NCBI GenBank assembly: GCA_964641255.1 | Contig: CAZXMM010000001.1 | Location: forward strand, 681,795 to 745,794 | Direction of reading: 5' to 3' | Length of the DNA: 64,000 nucleotides | From: an uncultured Gammaproteobacteria bacterium | GTDB taxonomy: Bacteria > Patescibacteriota > Microgenomatia > JAMCZE01 | In this document: piece by piece, positions 19,076 to 29,120 of the stretch | Layout: each line of letters opens with the position of its first letter | Position numbering within the stretch: the stretch's first letter is position 1 | Notes under the pieces: model-generated | Told to the model about the DNA's origin: nothing | Databases searched by the model: none | The model's input: only the letters and a program-made list of their open reading frames with translations | Translations under genes and position numbers: made by a program

Positions 19076-20272
19076 TCAGAGAATGCTTATTACCTTCCGT
19101 AATTCCTTAACAAAAAGTTCAGCTTCTTCAAGCGTGTTATAAAAATAAACGGATGCCCGTACTGAACCGGGAATCTTTCTGTCCGCAAACCATGAATGGA
19201 CACAATGCTGACCCGAGCGAACCATAATCTTTGAGGAGGAATCAAGCATCAAAGCTATCTGATGGTGGTCAATGCCCGGAATATAAAAAGAAATAATCCC
19301 GCTTCTTTCTTTCGGGTCAGAAGGGCCCAGAATAACCAGGTTAGGAATTTTCTGCAGTTCCTCCGTTATGTAGCTATTCAGTGCATATTCCTGTTTCTGA
19401 ATTTCAGCAATGCCCACGCTTTCAAGATATGAAACGGCTTCGCCTAATCCGATAATGCCGGCATAATCCTGCAGCCCTGCCTCAAATTTTTCCGGCGGCG
19501 GAAGAAACTCGCACGATTCATACGTTGACGAAGAAACAGTATCACCCCCGACCAAAAACGGTGACAGTGTTTCCAAAAGTTTGTATTTACCATATAACAC
19601 CCCAGTGCCCGAAGGTCCCAGTATCTTATGACCGGAAAATGCCAGAAAATCAACATCCAGCTTCTGCACGCCAATTACCTGATGCGGAACCGCCTGGGCA
19701 GCATCAAACAACACGAGAGCTCCGTGTTGGTGAGCCAGACGGACAATTTCGTCAGCCGGAATCGTCACTCCGTCCAGGTTGGATGTCATGCCCAAGCTCA
19801 CCAGTTTTACGCCGTTACCTAACGCCTGTGTGTAGGCGTCCAGGTCAAACGTGTTATCGTCTCTCGATCGCACAATCCGGTGAATAATCCCTGCTTTATT
19901 GTGCAGCATCTGCCAGGGAACAAGGTTTGAGTTATGCTCTTTATCGGAAGTCAGGACTACGTCACCTTCTTTGAGATTTAAAGTGTTTGCTACGAGATTA
20001 ATTCCTTCGGTGGTATTTCTGGTAAAAACGATTTCTTCTTTCCGTTTGGCACGCAGGAATTTGGCAACTCTCGCCCGCGCATCATCACACTTTTGGGTAA
20101 CCTTGGCAGCCAAATGGTGGTTGCTTCTTCCTGCACAAGCAGAATACTCACGATAGTATTCTGTGACTGCATCAATCACGGATTGAGGACGCAGGCTCTG
20201 GCAGGCATTGTCAAAATAGACGCCCTTTTCTGAAAGCACCGGAAAATCGTGTCTGATTTTTGTTATATCCAT
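19076..20272 (-). CDS. sufS: Cysteine desulfurase, class V aminotransferase, group II (SufS/CsdA-like)
   Basis: PLP-lysine motif FSGHKILGPSGTGVLYG. Group-II signature RSGQHCVHSW. Confidence 0.8.
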   Translation of the reverse strand: MDITKIRHDFPVLSEKGVYFDNACQSLRPQSVIDAVTEYYREYSACAGRSNHHLAAKVTQKCDDARARVAKFLRAKRKEEIVFTRNTTEGINLVANTLNLKEGDVVLTSDKEHNSNLVPWQMLHNKAGIIHRIVRSRDDNTFDLDAYTQALGNGVKLVSLGMTSNLDGVTIPADEIVRLAHQHGALVLFDAAQAVPHQVIGVQKLDVDFLAFSGHKILGPSGTGVLYGKYKLLETLSPFLVGGDTVSSSTYESCEFLPPPEKFEAGLQDYAGIIGLGEAVSYLESVGIAEIQKQEYALNSYITEELQKIPNLVILGPSDPKERSGIISFYIPGIDHHQIALMLDSSSKIMVRSGQHCVHSWFADRKIPGSVRASVYFYNTLEEAELFVKELRKVISIL

Positions 20273-20274
20273 AA

Positions 20275-22179
20275 TTAGTTCTTTTGAGTATCGAAATTAA
20301 ATAATCGTAAACTGTTGGCCACAACCAGAACGGTAACCCCAACGTCAGCAAAAATGGCTAAGGCTAAACTACTCTTTCCTACCAGGGCCAGTGCCAGGAA
20401 TATTGCTTTAACCGCAATTGCCGCGCCGGTATTAATGCGGATCGTACTGCCCGAGACTCTGCCTAGTTTCACTAAGAAAGGAATGAGTCCGAGATTATTA
20501 TTCATGAGAGCAATATCGGCATTCTCGACTGCGACTTCTGAACCGATCGCTCCCATGGCGATACCGACAGAAGCGGTTGAGAGTGACGGCGCGTCATTGA
20601 CCCCATCACCGACCATGGCCACGTCTTTGTGTTTATTAACGAGGTTTTTCAATTGAATGACTTTCTCATCAGGCAAAAGCTTGGCGTGAACTTCATCAAT
20701 ACCGACTTCTTTGGCGACGTAGCCGGCAGCTGACGCATTGTCGCCGGTAAGAATAGCGGTCTTAACTTTCAGCTTATGCAATTCCCTGACAGCACCAGAA
20801 CTTTCCGGCCTGATCTCATCGACAATTCCTAAAATACCTTTGAGCTTTTTGTCATCGCTGATGATAATGGCGGTTTTCCCTTCTTTCTCAAACCGTTCCA
20901 CAATATCAACAGCCCGTTTATCTACCTTGTGTTCCTCCATCACAAACTGCAGCGTCCCTATACAGTGGTGTTTATCAACACAGACCAGACACTCACCGGA
21001 AATACCTTTGCCCAGGATTGCCTTGAAGTTAGCATATTCGTGATCTTTGATATCGGGGAAACTTTTTGAACTCTCAACAATACTTCTGGCAATCGGGTGT
21101 TCTGAGAAGGCCTCTGCTCCGGCCACACAGGCCAAAAGTTCACCTTTGGAATACCCGTTCAGGGGAATAACGTCAGAAACGATAGGCTCGCCTTTCGTGA
21201 GCGTTCTGGTTTTGTCAAAGGCAACAGCCTTAATTCTGCCCATTTCCTCCAGAAACTGACCGCCTTTAATCAGGATTCCGCGTTTGGTGGCGTTGCCAAT
21301 AGCAGAAAAGATTGTGATCGGGGTGGAAATAACCAGCGCGCATGGACAGGCAATCAGAAGTATGGTTAGGCTTTGGGCAAACCACGGGGTAAACGGCTGA
21401 CGTAAAAACAGTACAGGTATTACAGTCAGTAAAGCAGCAAAAACTAAGACCCCCGGTGTGTAGTAAGATGCGAATTTTTCGATAAACTTAGCGGCCTGGG
21501 ATTTCCGTTCTGCCGCCTGAAAGGTCAGATCCACGATTTTAGCCAGCGTCGTATCCTTGGAGGTTTTGGTGACTTTGATTTCCAGGTATCCCTGACTGTT
21601 TAAAGTTCCGGCAAATACCAATTCGCCCTCGTATTTATTTTTTGGCAGCGGCTCTCCGGTGATACTGCTTTCATCAACCAGGGATTCACCTTTTACTACC
21701 ACTCCGTCCAGTGGAATATAATCACCCGGTTTGACCACCACAATATCGTTGACCGTTATTTTTTCTATCGGCGTTTTAGTTTCCTGCCCCTTAAGTAACG
21801 CCGTTTTGGGAGCTTTCTCAACCAACTCTTCCAGGGCATTCTGGCTTCTTTCGATACCGAATTCTTCCAGAGCTTCACTAACGGCAAACAGAACGATAAT
21901 AATGACGGCTTCTTCCAGTTCGCCCAGGTAGACTGCCCCAAAGGTGGCTACAGTCATTAAGAGGTTAATATTGGAGAACCTGAGTCTGACCAGACTTTGC
22001 AGACCACCTACAATGACATCGCGGCCGAAAAAGAAAATGATGGCTGCAAACAGAGGATACTCGACAAATTTGGGCAGATGAACCGAAAAAAGTGATAGGA
22101 TTTCAAGAGGAATAATGAGAAGGAGAGTGGCTGCTAGCCGTCTGAATTTGGTTTCTTTGAGAATCTCTGATATAAGCAT
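20275..22179 (-). CDS. P1B-type heavy-metal (probably Cu+) translocating ATPase, no N-terminal metal-binding domain
   Basis: CPCALVISTP (CPC), phosphorylation motif present as DKTRTLT, TGDN, GDGVNDAP. Confidence 0.75.
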   Translation of the reverse strand: MLISEILKETKFRRLAATLLLIIPLEILSLFSVHLPKFVEYPLFAAIIFFFGRDVIVGGLQSLVRLRFSNINLLMTVATFGAVYLGELEEAVIIIVLFAVSEALEEFGIERSQNALEELVEKAPKTALLKGQETKTPIEKITVNDIVVVKPGDYIPLDGVVVKGESLVDESSITGEPLPKNKYEGELVFAGTLNSQGYLEIKVTKTSKDTTLAKIVDLTFQAAERKSQAAKFIEKFASYYTPGVLVFAALLTVIPVLFLRQPFTPWFAQSLTILLIACPCALVISTPITIFSAIGNATKRGILIKGGQFLEEMGRIKAVAFDKTRTLTKGEPIVSDVIPLNGYSKGELLACVAGAEAFSEHPIARSIVESSKSFPDIKDHEYANFKAILGKGISGECLVCVDKHHCIGTLQFVMEEHKVDKRAVDIVERFEKEGKTAIIISDDKKLKGILGIVDEIRPESSGAVRELHKLKVKTAILTGDNASAAGYVAKEVGIDEVHAKLLPDEKVIQLKNLVNKHKDVAMVGDGVNDAPSLSTASVGIAMGAIGSEVAVENADIALMNNNLGLIPFLVKLGRVSGSTIRINTGAAIAVKAIFLALALVGKSSLALAIFADVGVTVLVVANSLRLFNFDTQKN

Positions 22180-22220
22180 AATTTTATTGTACCGCGTATT
22201 GGTTTCATAGGTCTAAACTA

Positions 22221-22697
22221 TTATTGTTTTAAGTCGCCGATATAGAAACCTTTTAATAACTCTCTGGCCTGAGCCGGATGCGGACCTTTGTTATTGGTTG
22301 GGCGTTCGTTAAACAGTGTCGTAGCATCCTTCCCACAACCTCCGATTATTGCCTTGCCACCCGGGTGCTTCGGAATAAACTCAGTCACGTTATAGACTTT
22401 GCCCTCAATAGCTAACCAACAATCATTTTCAGAGTTATGAATTGCAATCTCCTCCAACGTGTATGTCTTTGCTGCTTGCGAAGGGCTGCCGGAAATCTGA
22501 GATTCCCCCTGAACAGCAGTCGTTGGTGAATTCTGTAAAGTTGAACCTTCAGGCTGAGGGGAAAATTTGGATGGTTTATTGGAAAATAGTGCATATCCAC
22601 CCAGAAGCAAAATACCGACTACTACTGCACCTATTATTAAAGGATTCGTCGGTTGTTTTGGTTGGTCTGGATTAGTGTTTATATCCATAATTTCCAC
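22221..22697 (-). CDS. Membrane-anchored cytochrome b5-like heme-binding protein
   Basis: N-terminal TM, then EEIAIHNSENDCWLAIEGKVYNVTEFIPKHPGG (HPGG motif). Confidence 0.6.
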   Translation of the reverse strand: MEIMDINTNPDQPKQPTNPLIIGAVVVGILLLGGYALFSNKPSKFSPQPEGSTLQNSPTTAVQGESQISGSPSQAAKTYTLEEIAIHNSENDCWLAIEGKVYNVTEFIPKHPGGKAIIGGCGKDATTLFNERPTNNKGPHPAQARELLKGFYIGDLKQ

Positions 22698-22703
22698 CTC
22701 CTC

Positions 22704-23624
22704 TCACAAAATCTCTTTCGGCGCCGAAATGAGAGATGAGATAGAATATTCACTGACAATAAATTGCTCGCCATCTGACTGGCGCTTCACCAGATAATCG
22801 GATGCACCTTTATAAAACTCGAGGGTTTCCATCTTACCGTCGTATTCAACTGTTAAAATCAGGTTGGGTTGTTTCGGATAGGTGTTTCCACCCGCAGCAT
22901 CATAAAGAGACTGCGCGGTTAGGCTACTAATTTGAGAAAGAATGGGGTCCACCTTATCTTTTCCGACTTCTTCATTTTTAGAGCCGCCTTTCCATTTATC
23001 TCCTTCTTTAGTGAGTATGGTTATCGAGTTTCCTTCTCTGAAAGTAATTTTCGTGGCTTTAGTCTGATCGAAAGCAAGAATGGTTTTGTCGTACCACTCG
23101 GATACAGTTGAAGTAACTGACGGATTGTTTTTAAGAAGGTACACAGCGGGGTCATTATCAAACCGGGTATAAATTCCTGATCCGGCGGTTTTTCCGGTAA
23201 GCAAGGTGAGCTTGTTATCAAGCTTTATTTGAGTGGCCGTGTCGTCGGTCAGTTCTAATTCTTTGTGGCGCTTATCTGTCTGAGCAATTTGTTCGGGGGC
23301 AATTTCGGGAAGCAGGGATGAGAGAAGGCTGTTTACTTTAGCGGTATCTGCCTTTTTGCCGTTTACTTTCCAGGCGTCTCCCTCCTTTTTTAGCTGCACG
23401 GATCCGGAGGAATTGCTGATTTCAATTGCAGAAACGGTCTTAGCGCTTACGTCTTTCGTTTTTTGGGCATAGGCTGAAGTCGGCTGCGATAAAGAGGGCG
23501 CATACTGTTTAAAAGCCAAAAGGCCTATGAGAACAACAAAAACCGCCAGTAGTAATTTAATATTTTTATTTGACATAGGTTCTTTGTGTGAGTAATTTTC
23601 TTCTCCTGAGGTAATAAACGGCAA
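22704..23624 (-). CDS. DUF4340-like secreted protein (accessory to ABC/GldG transporter)
   Basis: N-terminal signal anchor. Position downstream of the GldG-like gene. Weak call. Confidence 0.4.
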   Translation of the reverse strand: MPFITSGEENYSHKEPMSNKNIKLLLAVFVVLIGLLAFKQYAPSLSQPTSAYAQKTKDVSAKTVSAIEISNSSGSVQLKKEGDAWKVNGKKADTAKVNSLLSSLLPEIAPEQIAQTDKRHKELELTDDTATQIKLDNKLTLLTGKTAGSGIYTRFDNDPAVYLLKNNPSVTSTVSEWYDKTILAFDQTKATKITFREGNSITILTKEGDKWKGGSKNEEVGKDKVDPILSQISSLTAQSLYDAAGGNTYPKQPNLILTVEYDGKMETLEFYKGASDYLVKRQSDGEQFIVSEYSISSLISAPKEIL

Positions 23625-25749
23625 AGCCGATCACTAGAACCGGAGGAATGAGTAGGTTCCCGTACTGGACAAATAAAACATCAGTAGGCGACCTAAACTC
23701 AAAGACTGCCCGCCCTGAAGATTTACTCGGTATTGCTGCCAGGTCCTTGTCGGTAGCCAGATAATCGATGGTGTTTGACAGGAAGGCTACATTGTCGCGG
23801 TTGTTGCCCAGGAACTGATCGTCTGCCAGAGTACTGGAACCCACCACAACCAGACGGGTGTCTCCTTTTTCAGCAAGTGCGGCAAGAGTCACTTCCTTGG
23901 CATTCGGCTTCAGGCTTGCTACCATCTGCGGGGAGATATTAAAACTTCCTTCTGTTTTTCCCGCATTCGGACCGGTCGCAAGAAGTTTCTTCTGGGTTAT
24001 TCCGTCTTTTGTCTCAAGCGTGACGGAGCTTGGCCAGCCCAAACTGATACTCTTGACCGTTGCCAGTGGTGAAAAATTAGTATCCGCCGGAAGAGCCCGC
24101 AACCAGTAGGGATACTGAGCCAGATAGCGCTGACCACCCTGCCCTCCGAAAGCCAGGGTTTCTGAAAGCTGCAGGTCATATACCAAATCGGTATTAACGG
24201 TGAGGCCATACTCTTTAAGTACCCCTAACATCGGTGAAGTGCTGGCTTGAGCCGAAAGAGTCTGCTGGCTGACATTCACACCGCTGACCATTACCAGAGC
24301 TTTTCCGCCGTTATTCAAATATTCCTTAAGGGTGGCGGAAGCAGTACTTTGGTTTTGACTGCTGCCGTCATCTATGACCAACAAAGCTGATACATCTTTG
24401 ACAGCTGCCGCATCTCCTTCCGAAATAGTTTTAGTCTGGTATTGTGTTGAAAGCAGTTCATTTAATATCTGATTCTGCGAGTATCCGCCTTGCATGATAC
24501 CAATCGTCTGCTCTTTCTCGTTTGTCAACTTTCTGATCCTGCGGGTCAACTGATATTCAAGGTCCGAAGAATCCGACACAAAAGGAATGCTTTCGGTTTT
24601 GTCACCGTAACGCACGGCAATTCCCAGAACTCCTGCCTGGACTTCAAATTTTCCCGAACCAACGCTATTGAACTGCACTTCCCTGATACCCGCTGATTGA
24701 GCTTCGGAAATGTCCTGGCTGCTTTCGGGATAAACCACACGCGTTTTAACGTTCCGGCTCAATTTTTCATAATCCTTCAGAAGATCAGTAATGTCCCTGG
24801 CAACCAGCTGGATCTGAGCGGGTAACTCACGGGATTGATAAACCGTAATAGTGACAATGTCCGGCAGGTTCCTGATGGTCTGCCTGGTGCCGGCCGACAA
24901 AGTGAAAAGTCTGGCCTGGGTAATATCCAGACGGATCGGATACGAAGACAAAAGAATGTTAGAGACAATACCGATGCCTGCGATAAGCCCGAATGCAAAA
25001 TTCAGTTTTCTCTTTTCAGCAGGATTTTCCAGCGTCTTTCTTTCGGAAAGCTTGGTGACAGCGGCTGCTAAGAATAAACCGGTTATGGTAAGAAAATAAA
25101 AAACGTCACGGATGTCCAAAAGTCCCCGGGCAATGTTTTCTCCATGGGTTAATACTGACAATTCCGCCGCAATTCTGCTGAAAGGAAACGGCAGCATCTG
25201 GGTGACAAAATCCAGTCCGATAATAATGAGTACAAACCCGACTGCAGCCGAAAGTAGAAAGCTGCTGATGGCGTTTTTAACATAGGCTGAAGCAGCAATG
25301 CCGATGGATAAGAATGTAGCCCCGATGAACAACGCACCTATATACTGTCCGGCAATCTGTCCAATATCCGGCCGGGAGTAGGCTACTAGGGTCAGCGGTA
25401 AACCAATAGTTGTCAGCAGTATGATGATATAAAAAGAAAGCGCGCCGAAGAATTTTCCCAGGACAATTTCCAGCTCCGAGATCGGGTGAGCAAACAAAAG
25501 CTCCAGCGTCTCAGAGCGGTGCTCGTCGGTCAGAAGCTTCATTGAGAGGGCAGGTGCCAGAAGCAGTAAAAACCAGGGTAGGAGTTCAAAGTAAGGCCGC
25601 AAACTTGCCTCGCCTCCGACTAAAGCAGTACGGGTATAAATAAATATCGAAAGCAGTAAAAACGGCACGATTACCGTGTACGCCAACGCGCTGTTAACGT
25701 AACCGAGAAATTCTTTTTTGGCAATTCTTTTAATCAGATTTAGTTTCAT
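23566..25749 (-). CDS. ABC-2 permease fused to GldG-like auxiliary domain
   Basis: Six N-terminal TM helices, large extracytoplasmic domain, C-terminal TM. Follows the ABC ATPase gene with a 4-nt gap. Confidence 0.5.
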   Translation of the reverse strand: MKLNLIKRIAKKEFLGYVNSALAYTVIVPFLLLSIFIYTRTALVGGEASLRPYFELLPWFLLLLAPALSMKLLTDEHRSETLELLFAHPISELEIVLGKFFGALSFYIIILLTTIGLPLTLVAYSRPDIGQIAGQYIGALFIGATFLSIGIAASAYVKNAISSFLLSAAVGFVLIIIGLDFVTQMLPFPFSRIAAELSVLTHGENIARGLLDIRDVFYFLTITGLFLAAAVTKLSERKTLENPAEKRKLNFAFGLIAGIGIVSNILLSSYPIRLDITQARLFTLSAGTRQTIRNLPDIVTITVYQSRELPAQIQLVARDITDLLKDYEKLSRNVKTRVVYPESSQDISEAQSAGIREVQFNSVGSGKFEVQAGVLGIAVRYGDKTESIPFVSDSSDLEYQLTRRIRKLTNEKEQTIGIMQGGYSQNQILNELLSTQYQTKTISEGDAAAVKDVSALLVIDDGSSQNQSTASATLKEYLNNGGKALVMVSGVNVSQQTLSAQASTSPMLGVLKEYGLTVNTDLVYDLQLSETLAFGGQGGQRYLAQYPYWLRALPADTNFSPLATVKSISLGWPSSVTLETKDGITQKKLLATGPNAGKTEGSFNISPQMVASLKPNAKEVTLAALAEKGDTRLVVVGSSTLADDQFLGNNRDNVAFLSNTIDYLATDKDLAAIPSKSSGRAVFEFRSPTDVLFVQYGNLLIPPVLVIGFAVYYLRRRKLLTQRTYVK

Positions 25750-25753
25750 AACT

Positions 25754-26662
25754 TTAATTACTGGTTAGTTGGCTAAAGACATCCTCAATAGCCCGCTCTT
25801 TGGCCACGAGGGTCAAAAGCGTCCATTTATTTTTAACGGCCAATTTATAAAGCTTTTCGCGGATATCCAGCTTCTTTTCAACTTCGACCACGAAGTAATC
25901 CTTTTTGGTTTCGTGAACATCAATAACTCCGTCAACCTTTTTCAGAGTCGACAAAACATGGTTTCCCTTAACTTCCATTTCAACGGTTTGAGACGAACTG
26001 CCCAGGCGACGCAGATTATCCGGTGTTTCATCGGCTACAATAGCGCCTTTATGGATAATAACCATCCGGTTTACGATTTTGGCCAGCTCACTTAAAACAT
26101 GGGAAGAAATAATAACGGTGCGCTCTTTTCCCAGGTCGCGGATAAGTGCGGCTATATCCTGGCGCTGATTGGGATCCAATCCTTCGGTCGGCTCATCCAG
26201 AATCAGAATATCTGGTTTCGTCAGAATTGCCTGAGAAAGCCCGACCCGTTGGCGGTATCCTTTGGAAAGCTCGGAGATCGGACGGTAATACACCTCTGCG
26301 ATTCCGCAGCGGTCGACCACAAAATCAATTGCCTCCTGCCGCTCACTTTTAGGAATCTCCTTCATGTCCGACCAAAATGATAGGTATTCCTCAACCGTCA
26401 GTTCCTCATATAACGGATTATTTTCCGGTAAAAATCCGATCCGCTTTTTAACGATTCCGTCTGTCTCGATATTCGTCTCATCAATAACGACCGTGCCCTT
26501 TGACGGAGGCAGGACTCCGGCGACCATCCGTAAGGTGGTTGTTTTTCCCGCACCGTTTGGTCCCAGAAGTCCAACAATTTCCCCTTGTTTTATTTTGAGG
26601 TTGACATCACTGACAACAAACTGCCTGTCAAACCGCTTTGATAATTTTGTCAATGTAATCAT
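25754..26662 (-). CDS. ABC transporter ATP-binding protein
   Basis: Walker A GPNGAGKTT, signature LSKGYRQRV, Walker B ILILDEPTEGLD. Confidence 0.85.
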   Translation of the reverse strand: MITLTKLSKRFDRQFVVSDVNLKIKQGEIVGLLGPNGAGKTTTLRMVAGVLPPSKGTVVIDETNIETDGIVKKRIGFLPENNPLYEELTVEEYLSFWSDMKEIPKSERQEAIDFVVDRCGIAEVYYRPISELSKGYRQRVGLSQAILTKPDILILDEPTEGLDPNQRQDIAALIRDLGKERTVIISSHVLSELAKIVNRMVIIHKGAIVADETPDNLRRLGSSSQTVEMEVKGNHVLSTLKKVDGVIDVHETKKDYFVVEVEKKLDIREKLYKLAVKNKWTLLTLVAKERAIEDVFSQLTSN

Positions 26663-26667
26663 ACGTT

Positions 26668-27795
26668 TTAATCACAATCTGTTCCTAATCCTCCGACACA
26701 GTTTTCTGTCGGCGGTTTACCCCGCTCGGGACATTTTTCAGAATAAATACACGCTCTGTCCGTTACTTCCGAAAGCTGTTTGCCTGAGATTTCGGCAGCC
26801 GCAGTATTAAAGCTCATAACAATTCTGTCCAGGTCCTTAAACTCGTACTCCCTCCAATTACCGGTTTGTTTATCTCCGTTTACATACCAACTGACTTCGG
26901 ATGGCAAGTTTGCCTTCCAGGAGTCAATAAGCTGACCCAGGGTGACGCCGGTTTTATGCTTATGGATTACTTCTTCAGTGTCTTTGTGCGAATGAATATC
27001 GGGGTCTTTTTCAAAATATTCCGGGCGATCCTGAAGCAGAACTCTTTTCCCATTCACATATAAAGCAAGGTCTGCGTGTTCATGAACTTTTTCACCAGTT
27101 GATTGCCCGGAGGGCTTCGGAGCTTTAAGAATGGCGGCATTGATAAAGGTTTTAAAGTCCTCAGGAGTTTTGGGATTAGGAATTTTGTCACCGTTGAGAA
27201 AGAAGGTCGGCGTACCGGAAACGCCTAGCCTGGTACCCGAGTTTTTATCCCGTTCAACCCTGTCTTTTACCTCTTTTGAAGCCACATCCTTTTTAAATTG
27301 GTCCATATTAAGTCCGATTGCTTGGGCATAACCTTCGAATATTTTCGGATCGGCGGCTGGTTTCTCGCCCCAATTTTTCTGTTCATTAAATAGCTTGTCA
27401 TGCATCTCCCAGTATTTACCCTGCCTGGCAGCGGCTTCAACGGCAAGGGCGGCCGGCAGACCGTTTTTGTGTCCGGGGAGCGGGAAATAGCGATTGACAA
27501 AACGGACATCGGTCTTAAACTCCTCTGCCAGTTGTTTTATGAGAGGGTAATATGCACCGCAGGCCTCACATTCAAAATCCAGATACTCAACCAGAGTTAC
27601 AGAAGCTTCCTTGTTACCTTTAATATAATCGTCAGATACTACTTCAAGTAACTTTTTCTGCTCATCGGAAACGGGCGTGGAGTTATTCGTGGCGGAGGAT
27701 GGTGACGAACCCATTTTGCTGGCAAAAAATACTCCGCCCACCAAAACAACAACTGTAACGAGCATTATTCCTAATACAAATTTATCCTTAAACAT
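26668..27795 (-). CDS. Membrane-anchored DsbA-like thioredoxin with C-terminal Cys-rich extension
   Basis: CEAC active site, GTPTFFLNG cis-Pro region. About 140-aa C-terminal extension ending CVGGLGTDCD. Confidence 0.6.
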   Translation of the reverse strand: MFKDKFVLGIMLVTVVVLVGGVFFASKMGSSPSSATNNSTPVSDEQKKLLEVVSDDYIKGNKEASVTLVEYLDFECEACGAYYPLIKQLAEEFKTDVRFVNRYFPLPGHKNGLPAALAVEAAARQGKYWEMHDKLFNEQKNWGEKPAADPKIFEGYAQAIGLNMDQFKKDVASKEVKDRVERDKNSGTRLGVSGTPTFFLNGDKIPNPKTPEDFKTFINAAILKAPKPSGQSTGEKVHEHADLALYVNGKRVLLQDRPEYFEKDPDIHSHKDTEEVIHKHKTGVTLGQLIDSWKANLPSEVSWYVNGDKQTGNWREYEFKDLDRIVMSFNTAAAEISGKQLSEVTDRACIYSEKCPERGKPPTENCVGGLGTDCD

Positions 27796-27841
27796 ATTTT
27801 GTTATTTTACTATGTTTTGTAGTAATTTTTAAACCCTTTAT

Positions 27842-28057
27842 TTATGAGGCGACTTTCACCTCATATTCCAGTGATTTAATAACTTCAATAATTTTTCCCA
27901 GGTTAACCACATTCGGGTCAAAGGTAACGACTGTTTTTTGCTTGGCGTAATTTGTACTGGCCTCTTTGACACCTTTTAAGTCTTCCAGCTCAAAGTCAAT
28001 ATTCATGGCACAGCTCGTGCAATGCATACCGACAATTTTTAATGTTACTGTCTTCAT
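27842..28057 (-). CDS. copZ: CopZ-like heavy-metal-associated (HMA) copper chaperone
   Basis: 71 aa, GMHCTSCA (MxCxxC) ferredoxin-like HMA fold pattern. Confidence 0.8.
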   Translation of the reverse strand: MKTVTLKIVGMHCTSCAMNIDFELEDLKGVKEASTNYAKQKTVVTFDPNVVNLGKIIEVIKSLEYEVKVAS

Positions 28058-28065
28058 AGTTTTTA

Positions 28066-29100
28066 TCAGATGACGTTAATGTTTCCTTTAAACATGCCCA
28101 TGCTGCACATAAAGGCAAGCGGTCCCGGTGTTGTCGGTGCTGTAAATTCAATTACGTCAGACTGGCCGATCGGCACAACCCTTTGCAGTCCCAGCTTGGG
28201 AATCGTAAGCGACTGAGCACAGCCACCACCGCCCTGGTTAACAATCTTAAATTTTATTTTAGAACCAGCTCTGACATTGACAATTCCCGGATCCGTACTG
28301 TAGCCGTTTCTGGTAATAAAAATCGTCGCCTCCTTAACCGCCGTGGTGGTAGCTCCGGCCACTTTCCCTTCATCACAAAAACTAATCGTGCAGTTAATAC
28401 CCGTTAAAATACCATCAAGGGTAAAACTGCTGCCGCTTAGCGCTAACGCGCCGTTAAAGTTATACACGGCGACTAAAATAATTGCTCCGGCAGCAACCCG
28501 ATTAAACGTTCCGCTTAAAGTACTACCAAGCTTTCGGGCGGCGTAGCCGAGAAGAAAAAATAAAGGAGACGTCCCCAGCATAAAGACAAACATGGTGGTA
28601 GCTCCGGCAAGAGCAGATCCGGTTGAGATGGCATATGCCATCATCGCCTGCGTCGCTCCGCAGGGTATAAACACAGTCATGGCCCCGAGAAGTGCCGGAC
28701 CAAAAACAGCCTTACTCTTTGACTGGTTGCGCACCAATCGGGTGAGAAATTTTGGTGGTTGAATGACAAAGTAGCGGAATATCGGGTGAACCTGAAGTAA
28801 ATTCAGCGCCGTGCCGACCATAAATACAACCGCTGCAAATTGCAGAAAAACGCGGGCAGAAAGTGAAAGTTGGAACACTGATCCGAGTGATCCTAATAGT
28901 AATCCAAGCAGGGTGTATGCAATCAGCCGTGTGAACAGAAATGAAACTATCGGGAGAAGGTGACCAAACCGCTTGGCTTCCTCCTCAAGTTTATTCTCTG
29001 TCTGTTGGGCAACTGAGGTAGCGAGAAGTCCTCCCTGAACTGCCAGACAGGTAAGCCCGCCTGCAAATAATCCGGTGACAAATATTGTAGTTATATCCAT
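28066..29100 (-). CDS. DsbD_2/CcdA-like thiol-disulfide membrane protein fused to C-terminal cupredoxin-like domain
   Basis: TM region with GGLTC and IPCG cysteines. The C-terminal FMCSMGMFKGNINVI resembles the type-1 copper loop C-x-x-H-x-x-M with Met substitutions. Confidence 0.45.
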   Translation of the reverse strand: MDITTIFVTGLFAGGLTCLAVQGGLLATSVAQQTENKLEEEAKRFGHLLPIVSFLFTRLIAYTLLGLLLGSLGSVFQLSLSARVFLQFAAVVFMVGTALNLLQVHPIFRYFVIQPPKFLTRLVRNQSKSKAVFGPALLGAMTVFIPCGATQAMMAYAISTGSALAGATTMFVFMLGTSPLFFLLGYAARKLGSTLSGTFNRVAAGAIILVAVYNFNGALALSGSSFTLDGILTGINCTISFCDEGKVAGATTTAVKEATIFITRNGYSTDPGIVNVRAGSKIKFKIVNQGGGGCAQSLTIPKLGLQRVVPIGQSDVIEFTAPTTPGPLAFMCSMGMFKGNINVI

Positions 29101-29120
29101 AGTTCATATTTCAAGTTAGC

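Noticed and set aside
27807-27825. Fourth BlaI-type operator TTACTA-TGTTTTG-TAGTAA
   Set aside because: The outer arms match the 29922 site, but the TACA/TGTA core is lost. Mentioned in a finding, not annotated as a feature.
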